A stretch of DNA of 64,000 bases from Psammoneis japonica (taxonomy: Eukaryota): the NCBI GenBank assembly GCA_008632985.1, contig QPGO01000080.1, positions 124,001 through 188,000 on the forward strand, in the 5' to 3' direction. The position numbers and the translations under genes are program-made. Each line of letters starts with the position of its first letter. Within the stretch, counting starts at the first letter, position 1. Of the stretch, positions 1-13,229 are shown in pieces. The notes under the pieces are model-generated. The model was not told the DNA's origin. It saw only the letters and a program-made list of their open reading frames with translations, and searched no databases.

Positions 1-1551
1 CATGATCACATTAGTCGACCTTCAAGAAGATTTCGTGTTATCGACATATACTGTTTGAATATCAGTATGTCTTAAATTTGCATAGTGAGAACTGAATTCG
101 GTTTCTACTATCAGTCGTAAAGAGCTCACCCTTGGTTTCCCAAGTTTTTTGGTGGCGGATATTTGGTTCTCAACTTTGCACGATTTGCGTAAAATCATGG
201 GTGACGATGTTCTTTATCGAGAGAACACGTAGAAGCTTATTTTTTGCTTTTCTCAGAGAAGTAGTCATATAGACGGCGAGAATAGAACTCGTATAACATA
301 CTATGATGTTTTTTCTGGGTTTCCAGACGTCCTGTAACGCTGTATACTCCTCGATCGGTGTAAATTTTTGATCGGACTCGATCGGGTCAATTTTTCTAAA
401 TTGATAGTTTCATTCTCTAAGTGTTTTAGAGTCGTAATTTTCGCTCTTATTTTTTCGCTCCTTTGCTGAGGAACTCATTTTAATTTTTTTGTGAACTACC
501 CAGTTCATTATGGGGTTCAATTCCTCTTTCACAGAGGTATTTCCTGCTATCGCCACGCCGCGTGCGATTGCTGTTAGAGTGTCATATTTTTGGGTCTCTT
601 TTAGAGCCACCCTTGCACTCTTTTGCTAGTTCATTTTCAGAATAGCTTTAATCCGTGATGTAGGTATTCTTTTTTCAAAGATTGGACCTTGCATTCACTT
701 TGGATTGTTCAGGTACCATATAGGAGACCATTTTGGGAACCAAATTTGGAACCTTTTTTATTTTGGAACCAACTGCGCTATCAGAGCCTGAGTTGATATG
801 TTTTTTCGTCATGGACGTCATGAACGACCTCTTGACTACTCAAACCTCAATCAGCTCGTCAAGGGTATGATCCAGTAGTTCAATATTTTGGACAGTAGGC
901 TGATGCTGCCATCCTTGCGGTGCGAGTGATAGCTGATAGCTCACGGCTCGGTTTCCCGCTAGATTCAACTTAGAATCGATTGAAGGGTCGTATAGAGACT
1001 CTTCATTGACCTCTTGGGTCGAATAGGCACTCTCTTGCTGCTGAGAGCCTTTGGTTTCTTCAGATCATCTCGAAAAAAATAATTCTGATTCTGAAGTGCA
1101 ATTCCTGGAAAGACATGAGATAAGAGACTCTTGACGTACTTTCCAATGGTTCCTTCTTGCTCTTTGGACTCGAGACTCGTCGATTCGGTCTGAAAAACTC
1201 TCCAATAGTCTCTCCTTGCAAAGTAAATGTATTTCTCGGATCTGATCGACTCGGGACTTGCATTCTCTGCAACCATGACTTGGTGTAGATTTTTTGATAA
1301 TGCGGTGTACTTGTAGAGTCCTTGATCCTTGGATGCTTGGAATAGACCGTATTAGAACGAATCTTGTCATTTGCTAGACGAAAAACAGCGTTCCATCTTG
1401 AGGTACTGCTCGGATTGAGCTCCTTCCGCTCGGAAATCGATTCTAGCATAACTGATGCGATTCGTCCCTGTTTATAGAAGAATTTACAAAGGCACATTAG
1501 TTAAAATTTTCATTTTCCGTGCTTTTTACCTTCTGTGGTGTGTATACACAA

Positions 1552-1694
1552 TGCACCATGCTCGAAGAACGAGTATAAACGAAAGTAGAATCAAGTATGA
1601 AAAGTGAAAATTATGAGATTAAATTTTACTCTGTGATTTTTGGTTTCTCCGAACGAGTTCTCAATGGCCTAAAGCTTCTATACTGCTTCTACAG
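1552..1694 (+). repeat. Dispersed repeat, TA-intact copy (partner at 34427-34571)
   Basis: Aligns to 34427-34571 (e.g. GCTCGAAGAAC, AAAGTGAAAATT, GGTTTCTCCGAA.GAGTTCTCAATGGCCT). Confidence 0.85.
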
Positions 1695-2010
1695 ACAAAA
1701 GGCCTTTCGGAGAATATATTCGTGACAACAGATTGTCCGGATACGATTGCCATTGACACGTAAGATGTCAACATCGTCAATCGATCGTATTTGCAATTTT
1801 CGACATCCGATCAACTCTGTGTGATCGTTCTGTCCTTTGTACGCATCCACGACTGTGGTACGATTGACATATAAATAACATATAATTCTGAATATGTGTG
1901 TAACAGTCGCATGCTGCACCTGTGCAATTTTCACCGTGGGGAAGCACTGAGTCACGAGTGGGCGGGACTGACAACTTCACATTTACATGTGCTTGCCTCA
2001 GTCCTTGCTT

Positions 2011-2099
2011 TCAGTGCAGATCGGAGATGGATGGACCAATGAGAGATGGTGGTCTGTGCCTCCCCCCTGTGCGAGTGGGAGGTTGTTTTCGTGATCTGC
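2011..2099 (+). repeat. Dispersed repeat or possible DNA-element terminus (inverted partner at 63131-63211)
   Basis: TCAGTGCAGAT...GAGATGGTGGTCTGTGCCTCCCC is shared with the reverse complement of 63131-63211, where it interrupts a copia coding remnant. Confidence 0.6.
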
Positions 2100-2337
2100 T
2101 TCGACGACGTGCCTCATGCCGCAGAAGCAACATGCGAGCCTGCGAGCACCCTTCGAGCCACAGCAAGCTTGCTCAGACTGAAAACAATCATTTCTGGTGC
2201 TCTTCTACACAATTTCTATGCAACAACTCTGAGCGCCAAATGACTCCTGTTGATGCTGCAAAAATCAGCCCTCTGTGCTGTCAGGCGGAGCTCTGATGCT
2301 CGCGCGGGTTCGAATCCCTCCTGCTCACGAGGGGGGG

Positions 2338-5300
2338 TGCCAAAAGTGTCTCGACAAGACAAATCAGTGGCAAACAGCAACCTAATCAAGATTGTGAGAA
2401 GATCCTCGAGTGGATTGCTCGGCATTGCACTGATGCCCTCAGAATGTCAAAGACATCACCAAATGGTCTTGCTTTCCGAGAACCGAGCCAACCACACGTG
2501 GGACACATCGTGAGTTGAGTGTGACATTTTCATTGTGACCGGCAGACCAACCAGCCAATCAGAATCGTTTTTGATGACAAAGGACCCCTTCACTTGTGGA
2601 GCACCAATTGCCCCACAATGTTCACTTGGGGAACAACGGTTGTCTCACAGCCTTCAGGTCAAAACACTCCCCTCAATCAAGACTTGGTCGCATCGTCAAG
2701 CTGGATTGCATGCAAAGGGACAAAACATCATTGTGTGATGGCAAAATTCACATGCAAACATCCATCAAGTGGGGAACTCCAGACAAAAACCCACTTTGTC
2801 AGCAGGGAGCTCCAAGCAAAACCCTCTGCACAGGCAGGTGGTTCAGCAGGACAGCCCATTCCACCTTCCCTCCCCAAGACAATGCAAGATCATTCTGACA
2901 AACCGATTGCACTTCTCCCCTGATGGGAGTGCCTTGGTTAGAAGATCACTGGGGTTGAGATGCGTGTTGACATGCGCCACTCTCCATTCATCTCTGGCCG
3001 CACCTTCTTGCACAAAGTGGCAAGCCAGACTGTGACATTTCTTCTTCAGCGTTGAGTCGGGGACAGAGGTGTTCACCAGAACAGACTGGTTGTCTCCATG
3101 GACATGGGCTGGTCCGACAACCTGGATCCCCATCATCCGGAGCTTGCAGCAAAGCCCATGGATGTGCTCCATGCACTGTTTCATGCTGGTGAACTCTGAA
3201 CCAAATGAACTCGTTTCAATGCTCGTCTGCTTCTTGGACATCCAACAGACAGGTGCCGAGTTCAAACAGATGAGAAAACCAGTCCGAGATCGGCGAGTGA
3301 TCGAGTCGCCAGCATGATCAGCATCCACAAAAGCACGCATGATCATGCCAAATCCTCTTGCTTGAGGCATGTCATCAGGCGCATCTCTTCCGCTGTTGCC
3401 AGACCGAACTCAGAAGTTGTCCAGTCTCGTCGAGCAAAGAGAGCTTCATCAATGGCAGGACAGGTGGGGTCAAATGCCATCTCGGTGTTGTGATGCCTCT
3501 TGAGATGCACAAAGACATGGCACACCTGGTTGAGGTGCCCTTCTCATGGCATGGCCAAGTGCAATGACATCACAGACACCTCAAGACAAATGTCGACATG
3601 CCCCAGCTCAACCATCCAGTGCAGGATGCCAGCAAGCAATTGACAGTGCGCAGCATCAGTCGGAGTCAATTCCTTGCTCATGTCATGCTCAGGATGATGC
3701 GAGCTGCTGAGTGGGGTTGGAGCCTTGGCAGGCAACTTCAAACCCTTTGACTCCAGGAAAGTCTCGACATTCTCAACCGATGCTTGAGTGTGCTGGGAGG
3801 AACTGAATGCCCATGCCTTGGCCCCATTCTCAAGTTCCACCTTTCGCAGGTGTCCTCCAAGGCACAGACTTGGAGGTCTGATCGATGACTCCTTCAATGG
3901 GAAGCACTTGCCAATCTCCCCTCGTAGAATCTCCTCGGCATTGTTGGAGATGCATGGAACATCATCGGTGTAGAGGAGGACATGTTCCCAGCACTCCGTG
4001 CCATCCGACTTGAGTGCTTCACACATCCACACATCAGGGTCAGCCCTGCAAGGTTTGAAACCAAGATGGGACACACACGCACGCAGATGATTCCGGAAAT
4101 CTCATCCCACCGACTTGCCACCATGCAGAGCCCGACGAATGAGGGCTCGCTTGCCAACATTCTTGAGACCGAACTCTGGACCACATGCAATGCAGTGCTT
4201 TTGGGATGAAGGAGCCTGAAGGCATGCATTCTGAATGTCTGCTGCCATCAAGTCAATGTCATTCAAGGCAGCGTACATCAGGGCAATGCGCGCACTTTCC
4301 CTGGAGACAACACCAGCACACGTCGACCCCTTGGGACTTGAAGTCTTGTGTCCATCAAGGACCCATCTGGCCTTCCTAGCCATGGTCATCTTAACATCAA
4401 ATGTCAGGTGACCTGACTGTTTGGACCAACCAACAGGAGTCGGAGTGTCATCATCCAAGATCTCGAATGTGACACCCGCATCACGCATCTCCTTCTCGAT
4501 TGCTTGTGCCCAAAGTTTGTTGCCATTCTGACTGTCAAGTTCAAGTGCCTCTTCCACTGTCTTGGGAAGCTTGACCCCACATTTGTGCGTCACACGTCGC
4601 ACACATGCCTTGACCGCAGATACGATGACATCTTGCTTGCGAAGGGTGCACGACATCCACCATCGAAAAGCTGGTTCATCATCAATGCCTCTGGCTTTGG
4701 CAAATTCTGCAGTCTCCACTGGGTGCGATTCCTTCATGTCCTTCAGGGAGACCCATGACTCGGTCCCATCCTTCCACAGAACCAGGAATTTCCAGCTGCA
4801 CATCGTCTTGCGCAACCGTTTCTGCTTGCCAACCTTGGCGCACATGTTGTCCTTGGTCACTGCCACATCATCTTTGGCGAAATCGAGCATGCTGTCAAAA
4901 ACGTTGAGAGTGCAGCCCTCCGAGTCAACTTCAGAAAGCAAGTTCTCAGCGATGATGTTGGCAGCATGTTCCTTTTCACCTCCCCATCAGGAAACTCGAC
5001 TTCGTAAACCAAAGTGTTCATGATCGGGTTGTCATTGTACGTGCCGACCGATCGACCATCTGGATCCACAGATCAGCCAATTGTGCGGGCCTGCCTTAAC
5101 TTGTCACCCTGAGGCAGAGCAACCTCAGCATGGATGAGTTGATCATGCAAGGGGGTCGGGTCGATGGCATTCCCAGTGGCGTCAACTGGGTCATCAAATT
5201 CAGGGAGATCTCTGGGCTTTTTGTCTGCATCCCCATGCGGAATGAACTGCTTGCCTGTGGAGGACACGGGACAAGCCGCAGAGCCCCAGTGTGATTCAAT

Positions 5301-5958
5301 GCACTGGTCAAAAATCTCATGCTTGCGTTTCTCAGTGTCGCTGTTCATCTCAGCAACTGAAAGGGGTCAGACAGAACGTCGTGGCGCAACATTGCCATTG
5401 CCCTTCAGCACCCACTGAGCCATGTCGTTTCCTTCTCCTTTCGCGGGGCCTGGCACACACCCGAGAACTTCGCGATCAAACGGGAAGGGGTTGGTGTGCT
5501 CATGGAAGCACCACCAGTCATGCCATCCAAATTGAGCAAGGTTGGAGATGTCACCTTCTTCCCCTGTCACAGAGAAGTGCGGGTTCCTCCCCTCAAGTTG
5601 GGACAGGTTCCGGGCCGTCAAGTTGCCAATTCTTGCCTGTCGCTCAAAGCAGCAGTCCCAAAAAGGCAAAGGGCACAAGGACTCTTTCATGTCCTTGCGC
5701 ACTGCCTCCTTGAGCAAGCCAATGCACAGTTCAGCATGGTTCGACCATGGTGTTCCTTCCTCCAGCAGCCCAAGGCCAGTCCCAATGGAGTGGAGAAATT
5801 GTCGAATCTCATCAGACTTCTGTGCTGGGTCGCTGTCACACATGATCACCTCCAGTGCACCCACTTCCTTGGCAAACATCTTGAGTGCCTGAGGCATCTC
5901 AGATCGAGCATGCATGGGCACCACATGAACAAAGTCCTTGTCAGTGACAAACAACTGC
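2338..5958 (-). mobile_element. Degenerate 5'-truncated Ty1/copia (CoDi-like) retrotransposon: integrase, RT, RNase H, PPT and probable 3' LTR
   Basis: Frameshifted fragments: integrase (5367-5950, TPWSNHAE), WKDGTESWVSLKDMKES linker, RT (KARWVLDGH, DIQNACLQA, LLYTDD), RNase H (FVDADHAGD..TRRSRTG, ETSSFGSE, GDNQSV). PPT GAGGGGAG at 2667-2674 is followed by TGTTTT. The far end of the LTR is uncertain. Confidence 0.9.
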
Positions 5959-5959
5959 G

Positions 5960-6113
5960 CGCAGTGAGAGCCGTGAGGTCGCGTGATGCATGGGGAGGAG
6001 GAGTGCAACACACAGCCACTTGTGAGAGTTGATGCATCACGGTGACATGCTGCAGCCTTTAAAAGTCACAAAGGTCATGACAAAAATGACCTTTTGTCTG
6101 CATGCATGCTGCA
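5960..6113 (+). mobile_element. 3' fragment (PPT plus 110-bp LTR at 6004-6113) of the TRIM family at 40776-56750
   Basis: TGGGGAGGAGGAG followed by a 110-bp TG...CA repeat matching 40776-40885 and 56641-56750. Confidence 0.8.
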
Positions 6114-6114
6114 C

Positions 6115-6325
6115 CAGCTCTGGGTGGGACCTCGCACTGCTGGGCTGTGCTCAATTGTTTTTTGTCATCCGTCGCATGTTTCGCGCGCACATTTCTGCGT
6201 GTTCCATTGTAAAAAAAGTTCCACACTGCCTGTTTTGTGAAGCCAAAGGCTTTCTGTTTTCTGCATTTATGACAACAAAAACATGCTGGGCACACTCTTT
6301 AATGTCTGAAGAACACACCCGGGCA
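6115..6325 (+). repeat. ~210-bp non-autonomous interspersed element (copy 1)
   Basis: Aligns end to end with 15057-15269. Differences are mostly TG/CA/TA interconversions. Confidence 0.85.
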
Positions 6326-7158
6326 TGCTGTCAAAAATGTGCTTCAAGTGTGGAGGAGGAGATGCGTTTGCAAAATTGCCTCTTTTTCTGTTGGCGATCA
6401 TTCATGTTTTCATTGCTCAACGACTTTGCTGTGGAGCTCGCATGCAAAATTCCACGGGCCCAATGTCACAAAAGTCCCGCCTGGGGCTGGAACCCGTCAG
6501 GACGATGAAGGAGCACGTGTGACGAGAATGGCAAAATCACATCAGACTCGAGCTGACAAGCCAAATCAACAAATGCATTGTCATCAACATCAGAGGCAAA
6601 GAAGTCAGACATGATGAGAGAGAAGAGCAAAAAGAGAATCTTTTCCGAGCAGTGGTGTGATCCCAGTCACAGTGATCAACGCTCCTGTTCGAAACAAAGC
6701 TGGAAAAGCAAGAAGATGAAAAATCCGGAGTTTGACCGGTCACAGTCGCAAAGACTAGAACCAGTCATCTTGGCTCGGAGGTACCCTCCTCCAAGTCAGA
6801 TCAATCCAGGAGCAACAGCTGTTGGGCGAACGTGCTTTCGGCAGGTCGTCTCCATCTAAACTTGGGCACGAAGAGCACTGGGAAAACCCCCAGACGCACT
6901 GGCGATCAGACCGCCTTCGACGATCTCGCGCGCGCGCACGCTCTACCGGTAGCTAGTAAGCACTTCCAAACGACGCCCCCCAGCTAGGTACGTATGTACG
7001 GTATCATACGGTACGACTTGAAAAATGAGAATGTCACTGGGGCATTTGGCATTTGACAACCTGCTCAAGTGTTTTGATCCCTTCATTCGTTCATGATGTG
7101 ACCGCGCATTGTCACTTTTGCTTTGACGAGTACAAACACCGCTTGGTGCTCTGCAACC

Positions 7159-8172
7159 ATGGCACTGCAACGCAATCTTTTTGCTTTGCCTCTTCTCATG
7201 TTCCTCATGGTGTTTCGCATCTACTCAGAAACGTTCATGTTTGTGTTTGTGCAGCTTGAGGAAAGCATGATTCCGATTTCGAACAAAGGAAAAAGTCTCA
7301 GCTGTGTATGGCAACCAAACAATGACACTGAATGCGTCAATCTCCTCACACGCCGAATTTACAGGGATGCCACTGCTTCAACATATCGGTGGCTCTTTTT
7401 TGGAGACTCAACGATGTATCGCATATTCTCTAGAAGTCCTCTGTCCCGAACCATCATGAATGAACCGAAAGCTGATTGTTGCAAGGAACTACAATTTGGT
7501 CGCTGCAATGCGGATTCATTCCTGCATTTTAATAGGACTATGCAGTGGAACAAACCCAACTTTTCTGCTGGCGAAGGTCCGGTCCGATTCGGAGAACAAA
7601 ATCCGTTCTGCACCGATTGCTCCGGGTGCAATTCGCGATTTCTTTGGTGCACTTGTGGTGATCGAGGAGGCGGCTACGCCGCCATTGAGTTTGCCCGAGA
7701 TGTTGAGCTGCAATCTGTCCAGCATGGCACAACTCAAGAGAACTGGGCATCTTATCTCGCCAAGGAATGGAACTCAAATCCGGATCAAAATCGGCCGATC
7801 TGTGTCATCCAGGCCGGGATTCACGATGTCTTAATCCCCAACATAACAACCGAACTATACTTGGAAAATGTTGAGTGGTATTTGCAAATGATGCATTCAC
7901 AATGTAACCATATTGTCTGGTTGGGCAACACAAGCCCCAAGACGGATGATTTTCCACAGAAGAAGAACAAGACGCTGGAATGGAATCACGGCATACGCGA
8001 CAAGATACTTGCCACACACTTTCCAGATAGCAGTTCTTTTGTTGATGTCTTTGATGCTTCCATCGACTCTCGCATGGCGGATAACATTCACATGACTGCA
8101 CCATTCTACCGTAAATTGGGTACAACGTTTCTCACCGTCATGAAGTCTTCTCGCCCTGACATAATTGAGTAA
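7159..8172 (+). CDS. Membrane-anchored SGNH/GDSL-like hydrolase or O-acyltransferase (PC-esterase-like)
   Basis: Uninterrupted ORF with an N-terminal hydrophobic helix, FFGDST block and C-terminal DNIH (DxxH). Normal Tyr and TA content. First in-frame ATG is at 7159. Confidence 0.75.
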   Translation: MALQRNLFALPLLMFLMVFRIYSETFMFVFVQLEESMIPISNKGKSLSCVWQPNNDTECVNLLTRRIYRDATASTYRWLFFGDSTMYRIFSRSPLSRTIMNEPKADCCKELQFGRCNADSFLHFNRTMQWNKPNFSAGEGPVRFGEQNPFCTDCSGCNSRFLWCTCGDRGGGYAAIEFARDVELQSVQHGTTQENWASYLAKEWNSNPDQNRPICVIQAGIHDVLIPNITTELYLENVEWYLQMMHSQCNHIVWLGNTSPKTDDFPQKKNKTLEWNHGIRDKILATHFPDSSSFVDVFDASIDSRMADNIHMTAPFYRKLGTTFLTVMKSSRPDIIE

Positions 8173-8466
8173 ACAGGATCAAATTTGTGTGGCTCAGTGA
8201 ATACGTAACATTTAAACTTTTTCTTTCAAGATACAAAGGTCTTTAGTTTCTTTGTTTGACAGCATTCGGACCGACTAAATATCCAACGTCTATTTCGCAC
8301 TACTGTACACTCCTGTCGACACAACTAAGATGCCACGAGATTCTCATGAGCGCACATAATATCGCACGGTTCCGTCTACACCCAGAGAGAACACGAAAAG
8401 CGAGAATCGATGTCTTATTTTTGCTCCTGTGCTACTAAAACCAAAGGCCTCCAAAGACTGATGGCT

Positions 8467-10489
8467 TTATAAAATGATAATGGATGACACTTTGAGAAAG
8501 GAATCGGGCGCATGGACGTGAACAGTGACATTGTATTGGCCATTGTCGTTGGGTTGCCAATCGTACTTTTTGTTGCCATTCAGCAGGACCATGCAATTGC
8601 CGAATTCCTCTGCTTCTGACACTGGCTGATCATTGACAGCTATTGTAACATTGCCATTGTTGATTTCATTCATACCCACTCCCGGTGGGCACTTATTCAT
8701 GGGACAACTTGCTAGACACAGCACGATTATGGATGCTTGCTTCAATCGATTCTTTTCTAGATACACATCCAATTCAGCCTCATTGGGCAACACAAGAGAC
8801 GTGGCACCATTGGCAGTCTCGAGATGGAACCAATCCTTGTAGTCAATCTGCACCGTGCGATTGACTTTTCCATTGTACTTGTCGTGGTCCGATGCATCGT
8901 ACACGAGACGCCATTTGCTATTTTCGTCACTGGTACTTGGAGGTGCTTCATATTCATTTCTCGAACCTTCATAAAAGACGCCGGGTGTATTGGATGAAAT
9001 TCCCATGTAGCGAGATTTTGATGGCAACAACGCCGTGTGACATAAAGCGCGATTACGCAACATGACGTTTTGCTCAGGAATTTCAGACAATAACTCGGAG
9101 TCATTCAAGAGCTTGAGTCCCTTTTCTTTAAACAACTCGTAGTCTTGGTCTTGATGATTTTGTATTATTGCCATAACCTCTCTTGGCGAATAGTCTGGAT
9201 TATCTTGATACATGCTGAGCAGCTCTTCTAATGATTCCACTAATGCATCCATCAAAAAAAGAGCTAGGATGTTGCCCTTTAGAGCATGGTGCTTCCTATT
9301 AACATGGTTTGAAAGAGTGAGAATGATACTTAGAATCAGTGTTGTATGGTCCAGGCAGCCATCATAACTCAATGCGAACTCACCATCCAGGATGAAACTT
9401 GACGCGTCCTATGATTGGAACATCCGAAGGTGTGTACTTGTTGAGTCCGCACGTAGGATCACCCCATTCCAATTGTTCACCGCATCTAAAGTGCCTCACA
9501 GGCTTCGGTATATTTTCTATCTGATCATACTCAATTTGCATGTCTGGCAAAGAGTCACGAAACGAAGCTACGCCAAAGCGAGATACCAATGCTGTCATGC
9601 CAATGTCTTCTAGCAATGCTAAGTTTTCCATTCGAGGTTTTTGTCCGACGTCTAACCCAAATAGGGCAGGACGATTCCTATGCATACCAACGCGGTTACC
9701 ATAGAGAAGATTTTGCCAATAGCTTCTACCATCCGTTATCCCGAAGTCCCATGCAATGACATCCGCGTCAAGGCCGTACACCGCTTCACTGCAAAGGGCC
9801 AATTCCGGTGCAGATTTCATCCCTCCCATGCCGTAATTGCGCCCTTCAAGAGCAATACCCGCTGCACCGAACACAGCTTTTGCCAGGCGTTCCATGACGG
9901 CAGTGTAAGACTCATCATGAAAGTTTCCACGACCTAGAGCAACCGAATTGCCGCCCGTAGCCCAAACAAAGCGTGTTTGACCACAGTCTTGTTGTGACTC
10001 GCAAGCCTCGTGCTTCAACTGAACCTGCACTATTTTCTTCATGAGTCGTTGTCGAAACCTAGAACGTGAAACATCTTCACGTGCATCATACAGCGGATGC
10101 GGGGCTATCTTGGCTGATGTGAAGGCCATCTTTCCCACCGATTCGCCCGCGGGTGTCACGAATAACTTGTTAAAATATTCCTCGCCATAATCAACCTTGA
10201 GTTGAGCGACAGCCTCGCTTCTCGCCGAATTGGCACGTGCCAAGAGTTCCTCGATAGCTTCTTTATTGGATCGTACAAACACTGATGAGAAAGAGTTGTC
10301 TTTTCGTAGCTTGACTTTGTCTAGTACTGCGTGGGTCACGAACGACGAGTCTTGTTGTAAGACAAAACCGGCTCCAGCCAAACACATGGCAATCAAAACC
10401 ATGAAACGCATGACGCTCTGACTAACATGGCGATTCAGTTTTGTGACATCCTCTTCATTGCTTCTGAACAATGCATCAGAAGAACCCAT
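8467..10489 (-). CDS. Type II membrane SGNH-like protein, two exons (10489-9384 and 9295-8467; intron 9383-9296)
   Basis: Removing an 88-bp GTGAG...TAATAG intron joins two long ORFs in frame (KFHPG-W-KHHALKGN). TM helix near the N-terminus, plus ATGGNSVALG, GMGGMKS and HPGW motifs. Confidence 0.8.
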
Positions 10490-10700
10490 GGCTTTGGCTG
10501 TTTTGCGGTTAGACGACAAATGGCCGAAGAAGTGGCATGGGTTTCACACATCGTGATAAAACGAAAAGGAGAAGTTTCAAGTTGTGAGCGACGCAAGGGA
10601 ATGCGAAAAGGAAATGATCTGTCAAATGCCAGTGCGCGCCCGCCCGCCCGTCCGCGCAAATTGTGTCTGTCCGTCGACTAACTGCTGCACCTTCGTCACA

Positions 10701-11037
10701 GGCATGATGCTGTACTTGCACCTTTAAAAATCCAGCACCTTTTAAAAAACGGCCAAAAAAGTGAGCACCTTTTAAAAACGATTTAAAAATGCAGCACCTT
10801 TTTAAACACTCCTTCTGTGCGAGAGAGAGCACAAAACACTGAAGTGAATCGATGTTGGTTGGCTCCACCAAAATGCGTGACTTGCCTGCGCACATCTTTC
10901 AAAGTGCTGAGACCAAAGGTGCTGAGTGCAGACGGCAGCCCAGGAATGCAGAATTTTCAAGGTGCTGGAAATTTAAAAAGTTGCTAATTTTCTTTTGAAG
11001 TGCTGACATTTGAAGGTGCCAAGTGCAAATTCATGTC
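10701..11037. mobile_element. MITE-like element with imperfect ~26-bp TIRs and subterminal GCACCTTT repeats
   Basis: GGCATGATGCTGTACTTGCACCTT versus the reverse complement of AAGGTGCCAAGTGCAAATTCATGTC. Four direct GCACCTTT(T)AAA copies on the left and inverted AAGGTGC copies on the right. Confidence 0.55.
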
Positions 11038-13229
11038 AAAGGAGGCTCAGATGTTCAAATTTTAGCAGATGCAAAATGTTCATTGTTCATTGATGTGTTT
11101 CATGTGAACTTCAGCTGCAGACACAAGACAAACTGAAAGTGACAGAGCAGCGCAAAATTGCACAGAGATGCATCTGTTGGGCACATGGAAGCATCTCCAA
11201 CATGGAGCAAAATTGTGGTCTTCTTTGTTGTCCTCACGTTGTTGCTGTTGCAGTTGTTTGTTGCCACATGACCACAATCGCCCTGCCCCTTTTCACACAT
11301 GGATCCGCACAAGGGCACCATGGAGGGCCCCAACGAGGATGTGTGTGATGAAGCTGAGGATCATGTGGATGATTTAAGACTGTGGATGAATCGGCAGCTC
11401 CGTTGCTGTGCTGCCGTGGAGGGGTTTTGCAAGAGGCGCTCAAGGCAACGAAGACAAGCACTCCATTGCATGACCTGTTTGTGCAATGTTTCCCGTGCAC
11501 ATTTGATGAGAGCATGGTGGTGTGCAGATGCAGAGCAACAGACAGCTGTTTAAATTAACTTTTGGCAAGGACAATTTAAACTGAAATGGAAAAATGTAGA
11601 AATGACCATGGACAGACTGAGGAGAGGAGGGTGGAGGGGAGGAACAAACAAAAGATGCACAAATGGAGGGAAAAGAAAAATGCAACAGCACAAAATTGTC
11701 AATGCAATGGCAAAAATTGGGGCCAGGTCATTGACCCACATTTTAAATGAAGAAAGACATTCACTGCAAATGAACAAAGACAGTGTGACCACCCCAGTTG
11801 AGTGCAACAGAACCCCAAATGCAATGAACCCAAAACCTGCATGGAAAATGAGAGGCAGGCCCACATTTTTCAATTGCCCCCCAATCAAATTGTCCCCCCT
11901 CTGATGCAAGCCACCTGATCACCCAAGATCTTTGTCCATGTTTTGGGTCCACCAAGCCAAAGAACAAGGTGTTGTTCTTTTGTTTGTTGAGCATCATTTG
12001 CACAAATGCAAACAAGACAAAGCACAGTGCTCGTTCAATGCACTGCACTGTCATGGAACCTGGGCACAGAGACAGGTTGTAAATGACAATCTTTGAGCAC
12101 CTCATTTGTTGGTGGTGTGATCCAAGATCCATTGGGCAAATGCCCAGTGGGACAGTGTGCCATGCCTTGAGAACATTGAGCATGAAAACGTTCAAGGCAA
12201 TCAAGGGAGCAAACAGACAAAACTCACAATGCCAATCCAAACAACAGCATCTGCTGTGTGATTGTTCAAAAACACCTGCCCATTGTTTCAACAGAAGCAC
12301 CATTGGCTCGCAACATGTTTTGCAAGTTGTCAAAAATCTTGGAGCAGATGTCGGGAGATGACCTGTGACCCACATTTCTTCTTGTGTGGCGACCCAGACT
12401 TGTTTTCCTTGACACACATCGGCACCATTCACAGTTGCAGCCAGCCAGCTTGAGGCCATTTTGCAGTGTTTCATCAGCTGTTGCTGTCAACACAGCTGTC
12501 CTTGATGCTGCTTTTCCTTGTGCCAATGATGGAAGAGTCGACAATGTTGTTTTGTTTTGCACTGTTTCCATGCAGGACTAAAAGCAGCCATTGTGACGAG
12601 TCGAGTCACATTCCCAGTAAAAGTGTCTTGCATTTTTGCTGTTTTTGACAATGCAGTTTTAGAAAATGACAAATCAGAATTGTGCAGTTCTAGATTGAGA
12701 AAATCTAGAACTGCCCAGTTCTAGATTTGGACAATCCGTCTGTGTCTCCCCCAAGCCCTGACCCCAAACAGACCAGAAAAACAGACCAGAGACAGATGGG
12801 CAAGATGAAGTCGGGGTGTGGTGGTTTGGGGTTGACCACTTTCAAAAAGACCAAATTTGCAAGCGGTCTTTGCACACAAAATGGAGTGCAACAACTTTTG
12901 ATGGTGGTTCAGGGTTTCACAAAGATTGCTTCACAATTGAAAACAAAACATTGCAAATTTTGCATGGCCCCAGTCATTTTCCAGTTGGGATGCCATTGAC
13001 TCCCAGCCGTTTTTCCATTTTGAGGTTGTTCACTTCATGTGTGCAGTGTGGATGCCAGTTGCTTTTGTCTTTTTGTTGCCCTTTGTCAACAAACAAATGT
13101 GTTTGGACTTTTTCCACTTGCTTCACTTCATTCATTTCATGTCGAACCCACCGGCAATCATGAGCGCAACAATCTCACTCAACCTCCTTGTTTTTGTGCC
13201 TGACAAAGACAGTCACAGGATGCAAGCCT

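Noticed and set aside
1..1900. Short ORFs at 410-1955
   Set aside because: No recognisable domains. The region is AT-rich and repeat-like.
2280..2330. tRNA or SINE around GGTTCGAATCCC
   Set aside because: Only a B-box-like motif, with no convincing A box spacing or cloverleaf.
10715..10810. CRISPR-like array of GCACCTTTTAAAAA repeats
   Set aside because: Short, irregularly spaced, eukaryotic context and no cas genes. They fit subterminal repeats of a MITE.
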